Positions 24,614-38,087 are shown, numbered from the whole stretch's first letter. The stretch: DNA of 57,018 nt, filler included, from Sphacelaria rigidula (GCA_964200075.2; 3 parts of 3 records of this genome joined end to end with filler, not necessarily neighbours in it), one strand, 5' to 3'. Translations and numbers: made by a program. Notes: generated by a model not told the origin, from the sequence alone.

Positions 24614-26536
24614 CCTCCCTTCCCCCCCTCCTCCACGTCCCTGGCTAATTCCTCTTCTTGTCCTCCAGCCGTGTCTTGGGTGTACTCTCTCTTCTTTCCG
24701 TGTGCACAAGTCGGGGTCGCCTGTGTCTGCCTATGGCGCGCAATAATGAAAGCGACCGTTTGTTGTTTGTGCCTCCGGGTGGTGGCTCTACGGCTATGGC
24801 GTGTGAGCGACACATGGGTGAGCTGTCCTAATACAAGGTTTCAAATATACAGGCATTTTTTTCTACAAAAACATGGATCAAATTACAAACTACATCTCTC
24901 TATTTTTAGTATATAAACATCCCCCGGACCCTGTGCTGTTTGTTGTGAGCTCCTCGTTTTGTTTTGTTTTATTTTATTTTTATTGCATGTTGTCTTTTTG
25001 TTTGTTGCGGGACACACGTGTCTGATGCGTCAAAAGAGACAGTCCAGTGCACCCAACTTGTAAGATGACGAGAGTGCACAGGGTTTGGCTTTCGGAGAAA
25101 TTGCAATAGACCAATGTTGGCTATATCAAAGCAGAAGGAGCCAGGGGGAGAGGGGGAAGAGGGGAAAGGTAAGAATCAGCGTAGACGCTATGATTACCAA
25201 GGTGCTAGCCAGAGACAAGATAACGGTGGGTTCAAGAATGATTGAGTGATTCCACCTACGTTGTTGTTGTACTCTACTGACTGGATACTGTACTCGTACT
25301 GCTGTACTATTTGTTTCTACTGTACTCCTTGACTGCACAGTAGGTGGAATTGAAAGATGGGTGCTGTGACCTGTGCAGAGAATAGGTGCTATCCCGGCAG
25401 CTCAGGCAATAGTACTGCTGAGATGATTTAGACCTCTGGCAATTGCGTGAAGCATTGTGCACAATGCAGGCATCCAGCTTTCATGAGTGAGTGCGCCTAT
25501 GTCAACTTCAACCATGTGTCCATCTTGTCGTTGTATCGCGATATTTTGAATACACCAAGGTCGCTCAGATGGAGGAGACATACATTTGTGACACGTACGT
25601 GCAGTTCGTCGAACCCTCTTGATGCGAACAGACAGGCGCAGGGGTAGTGTTACAACGAGACGTAATGTGGTGACGGAGAATTACTTATGTTGCAAGCTGT
25701 TCGTTGCGTGTGCTCGACAGAGGTTTGCCATCAACCGCAGCCGTTTCGTCGCTCTGCCTGTTTTGATGTCGAAGCTGAACCTGTACCGCCTACTGGTGTA
25801 TAAGTGGTTGTGTACTCTACCCTTCTGGACACCTGACGGTACATCGCACTGCCTGTACCGTCTGTACGACCGAGTACTGCTTACTTCTGCACCAACTCGC
25901 GATATTCGCGCGTGTTGCAGTCGGTGCTGTACTTGACTACGGTGTCATACCTTTAGGGGACCGTTTCTGAAGCAGTGGAAGGCTGTCTGGGTAGCCGTGG
26001 AAGCGGTATATGTGTACATCTGTAATAGGAAGTTTACTGGCCATACTATTATACACGTGCCAGGTGTTCACTGTTGGAGTTATCTTGTACAGTAATAATT
26101 TTCAAAGATGATACGTACTTGGCCCCTGATAATCGATGCACTTGACAGTGCGGTACTCAACTGTTGTTGGGGTAGTTCGGTTGTCTGCGTACCAATCTCC
26201 CTTTGTAACTACAAGAGCCCTAAATTAACGAGCTGCCGCACTTGCCCACCCAAAACGACTACGTTACAGGTGTCGGTTGATGTCATTGCTAGTCACAAAC
26301 TTTGACTACGCTTTGCTAGCAGTACCTTACGTGCCCATCTAAAACATCTCCTTCGAGAATGTCGGCTGATGCACTTGCGTTGCCAGGGGCTCTTGAGGTG
26401 CGCTTGAAGTGCTGACAAGTTGCGTCGCACCTTTCATTTACGAAAGAGAAAGGGGGGTGCATCGGTGCACACCTGATGATGCCCTTAACTGTTTATTCGT
26501 TATCTTTGGACCAACTATGGTATCCGCAGTCAAATC

Positions 26537-28126
26537 ATGACTGGCGTATCCAACACGCTTTTGCGTCATCGACCGCTCACTTCGCAATATACAGGTACAG
26601 CAGCAGCAACAGCCCAGTCGGCGAAACGTCCCCGCGCTCAGAAAAGCCGCTGCTCGTCCGTGCCTCCGTCTTTACCGCCGCTGCTCGCAATGCCCGAATG
26701 CCTTCCGAATTTTCTGGACGTGAGCCTTTTGTTGGCGTCGGAAGGATGGCTGGACCTACGATCTGGCAAGCATTTGCAGCAAGCTTCCGGCACACTTTGC
26801 CGGGATTGCCGTGAGTACGTTGGTAGTCACGTGCGCGTCACGTACTCGACGCCGCCGGCGTTGTGGTCGCTCCGTCGGCAAAGCACCGCGGACAATACTT
26901 TCTCTCACTACGGATGTATGCCAGGCAGCGGCGATGGCGTTGAGCGTCGGAATGAAAAAGATGCCGGCGACGGTCTTGAAACGAAAGAGATAACTCTGGC
27001 GGCGGCTGATGCGGGGGCAGCAACGGTTACCGTTTTTCATAACTGTGCAAGCGCGCTTGCCCCGGGTCGAGCAAATGACGCCGAAGGCAAAGCAAAACGG
27101 AACGAGTGCCTTCATGGCGCTCATTCCAGCGGCGGTGCCGGCAGCGGCAGCAGCAGCAGTAGCAGAAGATTGTTCGGTGACGGCGGTGATCTTTTGAGCG
27201 CTATCCCTCCATTGCGAGTCATCTCCATTACTTGGGAGCGTTCCCTGAGCGAACTGGCAATGGGCGACGCTCTGCCGGAGGGTCTGGAGTCCCTCAACTT
27301 CGCCTGCAATTTCCGGCATCTCGAGGTTACCCACGTCATCTGGCCAAATTCCCTATTGAGTATCTCCTTCGGCAATGGTTTCAACCAGCCGATCGACGCG
27401 GTGTCGTGGCCCCCCCTGCTCCAGAGGTTGACGTTCGGGTGGGAGTTCAACCAGCCAATCGCGGACGTGAGGTGGCCGCCGACACTGGTACAGCTGACCT
27501 TCGGGCAAGACTTCGACCACCCTATACACGAAGTCCATTGGCCGATGAGCCTCGAGGACATGACGTTCGGCGGTCGGTTTTGCCGACCGCTTCATCGCGT
27601 CGCCTGGCCACCGGCCCTGCGGCGGCTGACGTTCGGGTGGCGGTTCAACTACGACGTTCGTGGGGTGCAATGGCCGCCCGGCCTGCAACGACTGATGTTC
27701 GGCAGTCTGTTCAACCAACCCGTGCACGGGGTGGTGTGGCCGCGCGGCCTCCAGCAGCTCATTTTCGGGAGGGTGTTTAACCAGGAGGTCGGTCAGGTTG
27801 CGTGGCCGTCAGGTCTGAGCCAACTCGCCCTGGGCGACTTCTTCGACCAGCCCGTGACCGGGGTATCCTGGCCGGCTAGCCTAAAGCAGTTGTCGATGGG
27901 GAACAAGTTTAACCAGCCCATCGCGGGGCTGGCCCTGCCGGCGAGGCTCGAACAGTTGGCGTTCGGGTGGAGGTTCGATCACCCCGTGCACATGGTAGTC
28001 TGGCCGGCCAACCTGCGGCAGTTGACGTTCGACGGCGGCTTCAACCAGCCGATCGAGGAGGTCACGTGGCCGCCCGGGCTGAGGCATTTGACGCTCGGGC
28101 GCAATTTTAACCAGCCCATCTGCAGT
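26537..28126 (+). CDS. FNIP-repeat protein, exon 1 of 3 (gene 26537-30336, ~680 aa)
   Basis: 530-codon ORF with tandem 22-aa FNQPIxxVxWPxxLxxLTFG repeats; agt|gtaagt donor. Confidence 0.92.
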
Positions 28127-28599
28127 GTAAGTCCCCTCTCTTTGTGTTCGTGCTGTCTCTTCTACTGGTAGTAAAAGGTGTCCGTACCGGTGACGGCGTA
28201 ACAGCAGATTTTGCGCTTCACCGGAGACGTTATTTTTGCATGATGTCGAAGGTTTTCCTGTTACGCATGTTTTACTACGTTGCACCTGACAGCGTGGTTT
28301 GTTGCGACGTGTCCAGGACTCACAAGCCACTCTCTAGTACACTGTTTCCAACTTATTTGCATTCAACGATTGCTCGAGGATGAGTTGCTTACCTGCCCTT
28401 ATTTTTTATCGCCCCGTCCCTTCTCACTGACTACGCCTGGCACGGGTTGGCACAACTCCCTCCGGTGAACCGCACCTCGGGGGTCCCTGTGATCTCCGAG
28501 CTTGTTCTCTTCTGACCGCCATGCGATTTACCGCTGCCACCGCTTACCCTTTCCCGTCTCTTCCCCTACAACTTGCGAGCGACTCATGGTAACCGCCAG

Positions 28600-28707
28600 G
28601 TCGTGTGGCCGCTCGGTTTGGAGCGATTAGACTTGGGAGACAATTTCAACCAACCCGTCAATGCCGTCAAGTGGCCGAAGGACCTGGAACATCTTACTTT
28701 TGGACAG
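28600..28707 (+). CDS. FNIP-repeat protein, exon 2
   Basis: cgccag| VVWPLGLERLDLGDNFNQPVNAVKWPKDLEHLTFGQ |gtgaat; keeps the repeat register. Confidence 0.9.
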
Positions 28708-29099
28708 GTGAATTGTGCGCCTGGATGGAGCCACTTCGTTCGTGCTAGATACAATCACGGGTAGGATTGTTTGGAGCCATGTGGCCTTTCGGCGTGCTCT
28801 TGTGGCCACGCGTGGCGAGGTGCATGGTAGCAGGTCGACAAGGCCTGTGGTTGTCCCGTAGACTGCATGTGGGCTGTCCCAGTCTACTACTGCATACTGC
28901 TGGGGAGATACTATCAAAAACGCTAGTGAGGCTGGTTTACAAAAGTTGTGAAAATCATTTTTCGACTGGCATTAGCCTAAAAAGCGAACATGCGCATGGC
29001 GTCGTTTGAACTTGATGGTCTACCTCTTTCCGTGCACCATGCTCCTACCCCCGTTCCACCCACCGTGCAGTTTTTGGTCGTGGCCATTTTGAAATTCTC

Positions 29100-29830
29100 T
29101 ATGCAGCACCAAGTCCCCCATCCCCATTCCATTGGTCAATACGGGGAAGATAATTAGAACGCGAATGGGGAAGAAACCCTGAAGTTCCTTGAGAATAACG
29201 CGATGAAGACGCTGAACGATAGAGCGCAAAAGCCAGACGCGCAATGGATACGGACTAGAAAATGTAAAGACGAGAGAGAAAGATCTGTTATTGACTATGT
29301 AGTGGTAAATAATAGAAATGGAAGTACATGTATGCGCAGAGGACGCGGGAAGTACAGGCCATTGCCTTACATGGACAGAGAGCAAACAGACGGGAGCTAT
29401 GAGGAATCGGCGGGGTAGGAAGTTGTAGAAATGGAGGATAGATGAAAAAGAAATGGAAGAAAAACAGAAATAGTCCCAAGAAGAGATGACCAAAAATGCA
29501 GTGAATTTTTCCGAGTTGTTGGAAAGCGTAGGTGCAGGTGATACCGAAATGGAAAGAAATCGGGCAGGAGCGAAGGTTATACAAGGATGGGAGAAGTTGG
29601 TCAAGGACATGGCGAGTAAAGTATAGAGAAGAAACTGATTGTAAAATGGTGGGAGGAGGAAGAACACCTGAATGTATACGGAGGGTTGAGAGAGGGAATA
29701 GGAATGAACACATATCTACATGACACAATGAATGCGCCGAAAAAGTTGAAACTGCGATTACTGGTGGGTGAACTGGACTTGCCAGAAAGAAGAAGAGATA
29801 TACGTATGGGGAAAATGTAATGAGCACCTG
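29100..29830 (+). mobile_element. Internally deleted, degenerate LINE fragment in FNIP intron 2
   Basis: Endonuclease C-terminal peptide WIRTRK...ERSVIDYVVV is followed ~400 bp later by the ORF2 C-terminal peptide HLNVYGGLREGIGMNTYLHDTMNAPKKLKLRLLVGELDLPERRR; no RT core lies between them. Confidence 0.7.
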
Positions 29831-29991
29831 AATGTTGGAGGTGTCTCCATTAGGAGGAACGGTGCCCCGTCTCAAAAAGGATGCGTGGTCAATGGCAAAA
29901 CGACCAAGGCAAGCAACAAATGAGTACGCATCCCTACCCCCCCTCCATCCCCTCACCTTTCACCCGATGACGTTAACGAAATATATCGCAG

Positions 29992-30336
29992 GCATTCGAT
30001 CAGGACGTGGAACAGACCGACTGGCCGGCCGGCCTGAAACGTCTCTCCTTCGGAGGATCATTCAACCGCCCCGTCGAGAATATACGCTTGCCGCCGAACC
30101 TCGACGCGCTCAGCTTCGGCCGCGAGTTCAATCAACCCGTCCGGAGAGTTGCCTGGCCGCCCAGCCTGAAAAAATTGGCTTTCGGTCACCGATTCGAGCA
30201 GGACGTGATAGGGCTGAAGTGGCCGCCCGGCTTGAAAGATATTAAGCTCGGGTCGCGGTCCACGTCCGTAACGGATGTAGTGGGCACCATCGGCACTCGA
30301 ACACGGACGAGTCTCAAGAGGGCCGGGCGCAAATGA
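29992..30336 (+). CDS. FNIP-repeat protein, terminal exon 3
   Basis: atcgcag| AFDQDVEQTDWPAGLKRLSFGGSFNRPV...FNQPVRRVAWPPSLKKLAFG...RAGRK*. Confidence 0.9.
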   Translation, partial: AFDQDVEQTDWPAGLKRLSFGGSFNRPVENIRLPPNLDALSFGREFNQPVRRVAWPPSLKKLAFGHRFEQDVIGLKWPPGLKDIKLGSRSTSVTDVVGTIGTRTRTSLKRAGRK

Positions 30337-31559
30337 AAAAAAAAGAATTGCGTAGCGGTATCATTCCATAGATGGGTGGGGGGATGGGGTATCCTCAACA
30401 AACACCCCCCGGGAGTTTGATGAGTTGCTTTCAACGTCCCTTTTTTTCTTGAAAGCTGCGGCGATCGCGCTGCTGAAAGTCGTGTACTCATTGGCAAGCT
30501 CTCCTTGATCCTTCGACAACGCAAGATCTGTCAGGGCTGCTACTAATAGTTATTTATCCGGTCTGCTATTCACGGGTACGGAGCTGCCGACCTTTGCTGG
30601 ACCTGTACATGAAGCGTTCACAGTAGTCGAGGGGGGGGATGGGAACCAGTGTTTTTTATTTCAGTCGAGTTCGCCATTTGTTTATATTGCGAGGGCAGAA
30701 TCTCGAGACGTCGAATGGGTCGAGTGTACGGCGCTGCATCGATACGTTGCAAACAATGCTGTTATAAGTTTTCCCTTCGTTTCGTTCGCCATGTGCAAGG
30801 GCTGCGTATGATATTTTGGGGGATGTTGTCGAGGCGCACACTCGAAGCCCATTATATATGTTGGAGCAAAAGAGAGGAATGTACTTGGGATATTATTTCT
30901 GCTTCTTGAAGTTGAGCGCTTGTTTGCACCAGTGTAGGAAATGCAGCACGCGACGTATCAACAGTTTCTGCGAAAAGTAGTTCACGCAAATCATGTCGGT
31001 GGTGACTGTGGGAAAATAGTTCTGAACTGTAAATGAGACCTAATAAATAAGTTTATTTTCGCCAAGTGACGAGAGCAGGTGTAGCCCACGAGGATCCGTG
31101 GGCCACTGCCGTTTTTTTTTTAAATGCATCGAGCGGTGCCTCATGTTGAGTTATATCGAGTGGAGTAAGGTTCCCCCAAGTTCTGACAGTTTTTGGTGCT
31201 TTTGAATTATTTTTTGTCGTCAACGCTTGCACAAGATTGCAGCCTAGGCTTTGTCAGTACTTCGCAGGTCCTCCAAGTAAAGTCGGTTATGCAGTGCAGA
31301 TCATATCTCACCAGAGGAAGATGCCTCGTACGATGCTGTAGTTAGGTTCATTGAATGTACAAAAAAGTGATGGAGATGCTCGTGGGAAGAAAAAAAAAGA
31401 AGAAATAATCGGGGTCATAGTCATATTGACATTTTTCAGTGTGAAGGTTGCCCACGTTTTGAAATTTGTACGGGAATTTGTTTGAGACCTTTTTTCAGAG
31501 CTGTCCGCCTTGTGGAGAATATTTTTGTCGCTTAGTCACCCACTACCTACCACAACCAT

Positions 31560-32810
31560 TATGGACTTTCCCGTGCACACAGCCACACGCCGTAAGCGTG
31601 GCGCCAAAGTATCGTTGGGCCCCTGTCACGCCGTGGCGGTGGAGATAGCGCTGGCCGTTCCTCTAGGCAACTCGAGGGCACCGAAGGGCACTCTAGGTCT
31701 GCTCACCGATCGCTACGGTGTTCGTCCCGAGCACCCGACAAACGCATGGGAAAACTGCGAAGCTCAGATAAACGACGCCGGAGAGCTCGACATCTCAAAT
31801 GATCGTCGGGGTGGATGGCTGTCGATTCTTGCTCCAACAAAGGTCGAGGCGCTGCCGTCAACAAGCAGAGTCGTTCACCTACTCTCAGGCGATCGAGTGT
31901 CCGGCCAGCTGGAATAGATGCGGGCTGAAATCCGGCTGAGAGACCGTTAGCCGGTGCTTTACGAAAACAGAGGACGGGAGAGGTGCCTCGCCACATCAAG
32001 ACATCCCTATCCGAGGTCCACAAGAAGTGCGGGGTCGATATTTGTCTACGATCTGGTATACGGGACAACCGGTCACTTTGTCGACCATGAGGAAACCCCA
32101 TCCATCACGACGAAATTCGGTTTCTGATTTAGAGGAACAAGAAGAAGGTTCAAATCTTTCCTGGTGAAGCCATCCCCGGGTCTTCCCCCGTACAGCATAA
32201 GAACCACCTTCCGAATATTATGGTGACAATGGGAAAGGCTCGGCCTGCCCCGACCCAAGACTTCGACGGAACGATCGGTGTCTAGGCGTATTTTGCGTTG
32301 TAACTACGGCCGAGCGATCGTCCAAGAGAAGAAAGGGAGGGGAAGAGTACGAGTTCGACGGTATCATTGACGCTGACTGCTGCAAGACGTGGTGCCTAGA
32401 CGAACATCTCCCTGCAGTCAAGCTCAAACATCCCGTGACCACGTTCGGAGCGAGTAGTAGCCGTGATGCAGCAAGACGGCGCGGGCCCCCACACGTGGAA
32501 AACCGATGCCGAAAGTATCTCATCATCATCTTAGTTTCTCATCTCTGCGGTGATGGGGCGGGTTTGGATGGTAGAGCTTGAGATGCAGCCTTCCCGGTCG
32601 CTTGATTTCGGTATCAATGACTCGAGCTTCTTGGCATCTCTCAAGTCAAGTGTATGTTGCATGAAGTTCAGTTCGACATACGAGTTACCGGGGACTACTT
32701 TCCAGCAGCACGAAGAGTACGACAAAAATACGTTGGAAATAATTCAACAAAACCTCCACAAGGTTTGCCACCGAGCACTCCGTAGTTTAGGCGATACCGA
32801 CTGTTACTGT
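31560..32810 (+). pseudogene. Decayed Tc1/mariner (plant/oomycete DD39D-like) transposase
   Basis: IHHDEIRF (cf. HIDEKWF), PGEAIPGSSPVQHKNHLPNIM..GKARP...FDGTIG, VMQQDGAGPH and QPSRSLDFGINDSSFLASLK (cf. QPPNSPDLNxLDLGFF) occur in canonical order, with stops and frameshifts. Confidence 0.8.
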
Positions 32811-35800
32811 GGCGCATACCGGGGTTGCCGTGCGGAAGAGGGTGCTGGGGACCTTGGAAAGTGTGGTAAAATACGATAACGATACCTCTACTAAGGCCGG
32901 GGAGTACACCTCGCATCAAGTTCCAGTGATGGCGAAGACGGCCAACTTCCTTATTTTTCTTCATTTTTTTCATGCCCCTCCCTCCCCCCCGGAATTGGTG
33001 ATTGTCAGCCTGTTCCGGCAAAAATTCGGCGTGCTCCGTCATGGCCTTGTAGGAATGCGAGGTCAAGGGTCAAATGACTGCGGCCTGCAGAATTGTGAGT
33101 ACCCCCCCCCCTACCCCCCAACCCCGGAATAGGGGCGAAATACGGCCATTTTCGGGCCGACTGATGTTGCTCCGACCGTTCGCCCACGTAGGGTAGTGCG
33201 CGAATAAACCGAGGAAAAGAGATTTCGACTCAAAAAAGCGTCAAAGATGGCCAAAAATATTATCGCCGAACGCATCGGACACGGTTAAGGGCCCGTGTGA
33301 ACATCACCGACTTCACTTCTGGGACAGGCGAAGTACGTGTTTTCGTGGGTGGCTTGCGTGTGGGTGAATCGGTGTAAATTAGCAGCAGTGAGCGGAGCTT
33401 CACGCTTTTGGCAAGAGAGATGTATAGCCACACGGCGTTTCAACTAACTAGTCCCAGGAGCACACCGCCCTGTAAATACACAAGGAGTACTTCACGCAAT
33501 AATACGTAGGGGTATGTCTGACTCCGTATGTTGGAGTTGGGCTGACCGTCTTCCCACGAGGACCCTCGTATTTTAACGGGGGGAGGGTTAGGAGGGGGAG
33601 GGGCCTGCCAAAGGGCTCTTTCTCATCAAATGTAGCTTTTGCGTGACCTACTGTCGACGCCAACATAGGAGAGAACCGCGGGTAGCGGGTACATCGTCAC
33701 CTTGCCGGCGACTGTGCGTGCATGACCAATAAAGTCTTGCTCGGTACTACATCATTGTTTTTTTTTGCGTTTAAAATTTTTCTCCCTTTTTCTTTTCTTC
33801 TTCACCCTTTCCCTTATTTCTACTAGGATTATTTTTTATGTTATTCGCAGTTGACTCTGTGTCTGTTCTTCATTCCCTTTGTTCTTGCTTTCACTTTGTC
33901 GAGTTTCCTTTATAGCGGTTAATAGTGATTCCGTTTATATAGCTTGGGTACGGGCATCTTGTCACCACCATTGACTTCGTCGCGAACCAGTTGATGTGCG
34001 AAAATCACCCCATCAATCCACCTGTCGGGGTTCGCGAGACAATTTCATGTGTCTCGGAGTGGAGTTGTCGCTGCTAGTACTAGTAGTGTCGTGGGGGAAG
34101 ACTGGGCGTGAAGAGTAGTTGGGGATGAAGGGCAGAATGCAGGCTCCACCGATCCAGTGATAGGTATGTGGTAGGACAAGGGCCCGGACGGGAGGTAGGC
34201 AATGGCGGTTCCAAGACCTTTGAGTCTTGGGCTGAGTACTGCCATGGTGGTATGAGTGAGTACTGTCATGGTGGTAGGAGTGCACTTTTTGGTCCAAACG
34301 GTTTCTGAGGCTACACACTACGGCCCAGATATTTGTCATCGAGAGGTTCCCACAGCAAAGAGCTTCAGAAAGCAAGGGTGCACCCCTACCGTGGCATTGC
34401 TCGACTTGTAAAGAGGCTTGTGGGGTGTGAAGCAGAGGTAGTAATGAATCGCTCATGATTATTCAAGAAGATGATGAAGCGACTCAGATGATGGTTTTGG
34501 TCGGCGGCGAGACTGGATCCGCCTCCAAGGGCTTGGAACGTAACACGTTGCAGATGTATTGCCGAGGTTCATGTGTGTGTGTGTGTGTGTTGCGGCGCCT
34601 GTTTCAATCGTCACGAAACGCAAGGGCGATCCCCGTACATGTATGCGTGTACGGAGTTTGTGTGTATAGCATACGCTTGAGGACCCGTGCGTTCACGGCA
34701 TTCACGGTGAATTGCGACGTTTATTAGCACTTGGTGCCTCTATTGAACTTTTTTGATGAGGAGTCTTTTTGACGGGGCAATTATTCCGCTCCTTTTCCCC
34801 ACTTTTCGACAAACTGAATGCTTTCTCGCGACTTCTCCCAGAAAAAAGAATGCTAATCAAGAGTCCGATGCTAGATTTTCGGAGAAATCTGTATTCTGTC
34901 TCGAATTGATGTATTGCCCGACCTGTTTGAGAACTCTGCTTGCATATGTTTCGGAGATGAGTTTTTTTCCGAAGAGTTCATAAATCTCGGAACAGGAAAT
35001 AAACCCATTGATTTTACTCCTACTTCGAGAAACACAAATAAAGGATGCAGTTAGGGTATCGTCGGAGGCCAAACATAAGAGTAGCATAATCTGTCGTTTG
35101 TCTGAAACGCAGGATGAACAATCTCTCGAGCTCTGAGAGGCCTGCACTTCGTCTTTACTTGATTTTAGGGTACGTGTTTTCCCTGTGATAGCTCTCAGCG
35201 CTCGAGAGACATTCCCTTGATATTGGAGTGCGTCCTGTCTTCACTTGAGTTAGGAGCATATTTGCTTTCTGCGCTGTGTTCTGCATGGTGTTGCGACGCG
35301 TTCCGTTCCGTTCGATGCTCTCCGTTTGATGCGTTGTGCACGTGTACTCTGTTCACTCGCCTAGACATAACGAACGGCTACCTTTTTCAGCTCTTGACCG
35401 CCGCACTATATCTGTCGGATTGACCCTTTGACCGTGGAATAAATACGTATATATACTGTATACCGCTAACATGGCATAGAACAATATTTTCGCCAGATTA
35501 GGAGTCTAGCTTCTGATTAATGGTGAGCTTCCCTCAGGAACACGTTGTTTTTATGTGTTTCTGTTGATGAATGAAACACCAACGAATAATGATAGACAAC
35601 GATCCCTTTTGTTGAACAGTAAATAATGAGAGGAATGGGCGTATTAACCATCAAAACATTTTCCCCATCAATGTGCTGGTATACGCTGAACAAGTAATGA
35701 TCACCGGTTGCACATAGCGTCATGCGTTTGAAAATGTTCTGATAAATACGCTGGATGCGAGTGCAGGATATTAAACCGTCGCGGTTATGAAGGATCGTGG

Positions 35801-36384
35801 ATCGACGTTTGCTTGCTTCGGATTATGCATCCAACGACTATCTCTTCGGGATGTTGTAACCCTTTGACCGCCAGGGTTCGCAATCTGGGCCACGCAGTGA
35901 CTTTTCAAGTGAAATGATGCCGATTCCACAAACGGTCAGCAAGTTCACTCTTAATCGGAAGCAACACTCTCAATCTGGCGAAAATTATGTTAAAGGCAGT
36001 TTTTTTTCGTTTTAAGTGGCATCATTTCAGATGAACTATTAACCGGCATCATTTCGTTGAAAATTGAGTCGACATCATTTTTGTCGATAGACGTTGGAAA
36101 TTGAAACATCATTCTCATCGGTACAGGTTGACCCAAGCACTCGGGGGAAACCAACAGTTGGGTTCGGGTCTCTGCTATAAATGATTGAATCGCCACCATT
36201 TTTGAAGGTTTCGATCGCTGCATTTGAGAAATTTCTTCCTCGGGTTTTCCGGCCACACACCGTAAACAATGTTTTCGTGAGATTGAGAGTAACAGATCGG
36301 ATTAAAAGCCAACAGTTTATTCGGAAGACGGTCACATGCATCTTTCAAATTGTTGCACGACACGTTGACTTGTAGAATAATAGG

Positions 36385-37900
36385 AGGCTAGTTAACCGTC
36401 GTTTGGCTACGTTTTAGAATGGTTGAAACAAGTTTACAAGTATCGCTACCCCTACCCCTAACCCCAACCCATCGCATACCGAGACCCCTCGGGCAAGGGC
36501 GGAGCATACATTCCCTACAGTAGTGGGCGGTCTGACTATTTAGGGGTGTTTGGGGGTTTTCCTCGCGTACTACGTTTCGACAGAACTCGAAGTTGCTAGC
36601 GTCGGTAGGTTTTGGAACAACAAAATCGATTATCCTCGAAACACAGTGCCGAAGTTAGTGTTAGTTGGTGTTATCGGGCGAAATCAGTAAAAACCCCGTT
36701 TACCAGGAGGATGTTATTGACCGTGAAACACAGTTTCTCGGTGAAACACAATTTCTCGGCCCTAGTACACAGTAGGCAGAATTTCATAAAAAGAAAACCG
36801 TAAATTTCTTTACAAATACAATCGGGACGGGCTCGTTCGACCGAAAATACAGAAGAGTAAGAATCTGGGCTGAATCGTGGCAAGACCCCCGATGACCGGT
36901 CAGCCTGTGAGTCGCTCAATATTGAGTACGGATGACTTTTTCTTCTTGGAATGTGGAGTGGATACAAATATGTTCAGATCCCCGACGTGATAAGGGGCGG
37001 CGAGCGAATGGAGCCCGAGAAAAACGCCAGTCACGAAAAAATCACAAAATGCCGCGAAATGAATAGTTAGACCGCCCGCTACTATAGGCAAATTGCGGCC
37101 TTGGTAGACACCAAAACGACGCCTGTGGCGCCGATTTCAACGAAAACGCGTTCTGTGCACGCGAGGGGCACACGGGACTGTCAGCCCCACTTAAATTCCG
37201 ATTCTCGTCGTGGAGACGCAAATCAAGTTATATCAACCATTCTAAAACGTAGCCCAACGCCGGTAAACTCTACTGGATCGACGTGCCATTATATTCAACA
37301 AGCTACATGACAACGAAATGCGCACAGTCGGCGGTTTGTGTAGACCAAGCCCTCTATCGAGGAGGAGGCATGGATAGGATAGAGGTGAAAGTGTACAGCT
37401 ACATGCCGAAACAAAGTTGATCCCGATGTCCCACGCTACAAGTATCGGAGAGGTGAAACAGGAGCGGTGGTATAGACGAGGCCAGTTGAACATCATCGTC
37501 GTTCACACTCAAATCGAGTAATATCAACCATTCTAAAAGATAGCCGAACGACGGTAAACTTTACTGCAATGCAATAGAGTTTACCGGCGTTGGGCTACAT
37601 TTTAAAATGATTGACATTACTCGATTTGAGTCTCAACGACGAGAATCGAAATTTAAGTGGGGCTGACAGTCCCGTGTGCTCCTTGCGTGCACAGAGCGCG
37701 ATTTTCGTTGAAATCGGCACCACAGGCGGTGATTTGGGATCAACCAAGGCCGCACTTTGCCTAGGCAAGGTGTGTTCCGCCCTCGCCCGGGGGTCCTCGG
37801 TATGCATTGGGTTGGGGTTAGGGTGAAGGATAAGGGTAAATACACTTGTAAAATTGTGTCAATCTTTCTAAAACGTAGCCCAATAACGGTTAACTAGCTT
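36385..37900. mobile_element. Fold-back element with ~320-bp inverted arms, left arm interrupted by a MITE
   Basis: gctagttaaccgt...ggctacgttttagaa at 36388 mirrors ttctaaaacgtagcc...acggttaactagc ending ~37898; 37090-37280 mirrors 37575-37760. Confidence 0.8.
36518..37084. mobile_element. Nested TA-flanked Tc1/pogo-like MITE; related sequence at ~49370-49690 (inverted)
   Basis: TA|cagtagtgggcggtctgactatt ... aatagttagaccgcccgctacta|TA; the opposite host arm shows the empty site ttgcc-ta-ggcaaa. Confidence 0.75.
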
Positions 37901-37987
37901 CCGTCGATCGGCCGCCTCCTCGGTAATCGGAAGTAACAGCCGATTTTATATTTTGGGGTTCATACAAAATATGGGGCTGAAGTGGCA

Positions 37988-38087
37988 NNNNNNNNNNNNN
38001 NNNNNNNNNNNNNNNNNNNNNNNNNNNNNNNTTAATTAATTAANNNNNNNNNNNNNNNNNNNNNNNNNNNNNNNNNNNNNNNNNNNN
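37988..38087. other. Scaffolding gap (100 nt) with artificial TTAATTAATTAA linker
   Basis: N run with a central linker. Confidence 0.95.

Noticed and set aside
26756..28330. Long overlapping alternative-frame and antisense ORFs
   Set aside because: Shadows of the GC-rich repetitive FNIP coding sequence.
29020..29956. 215-aa and 222-aa hydrophobic minus-strand ORFs
   Set aside because: Antisense of a purine-rich LINE fragment, not membrane proteins.
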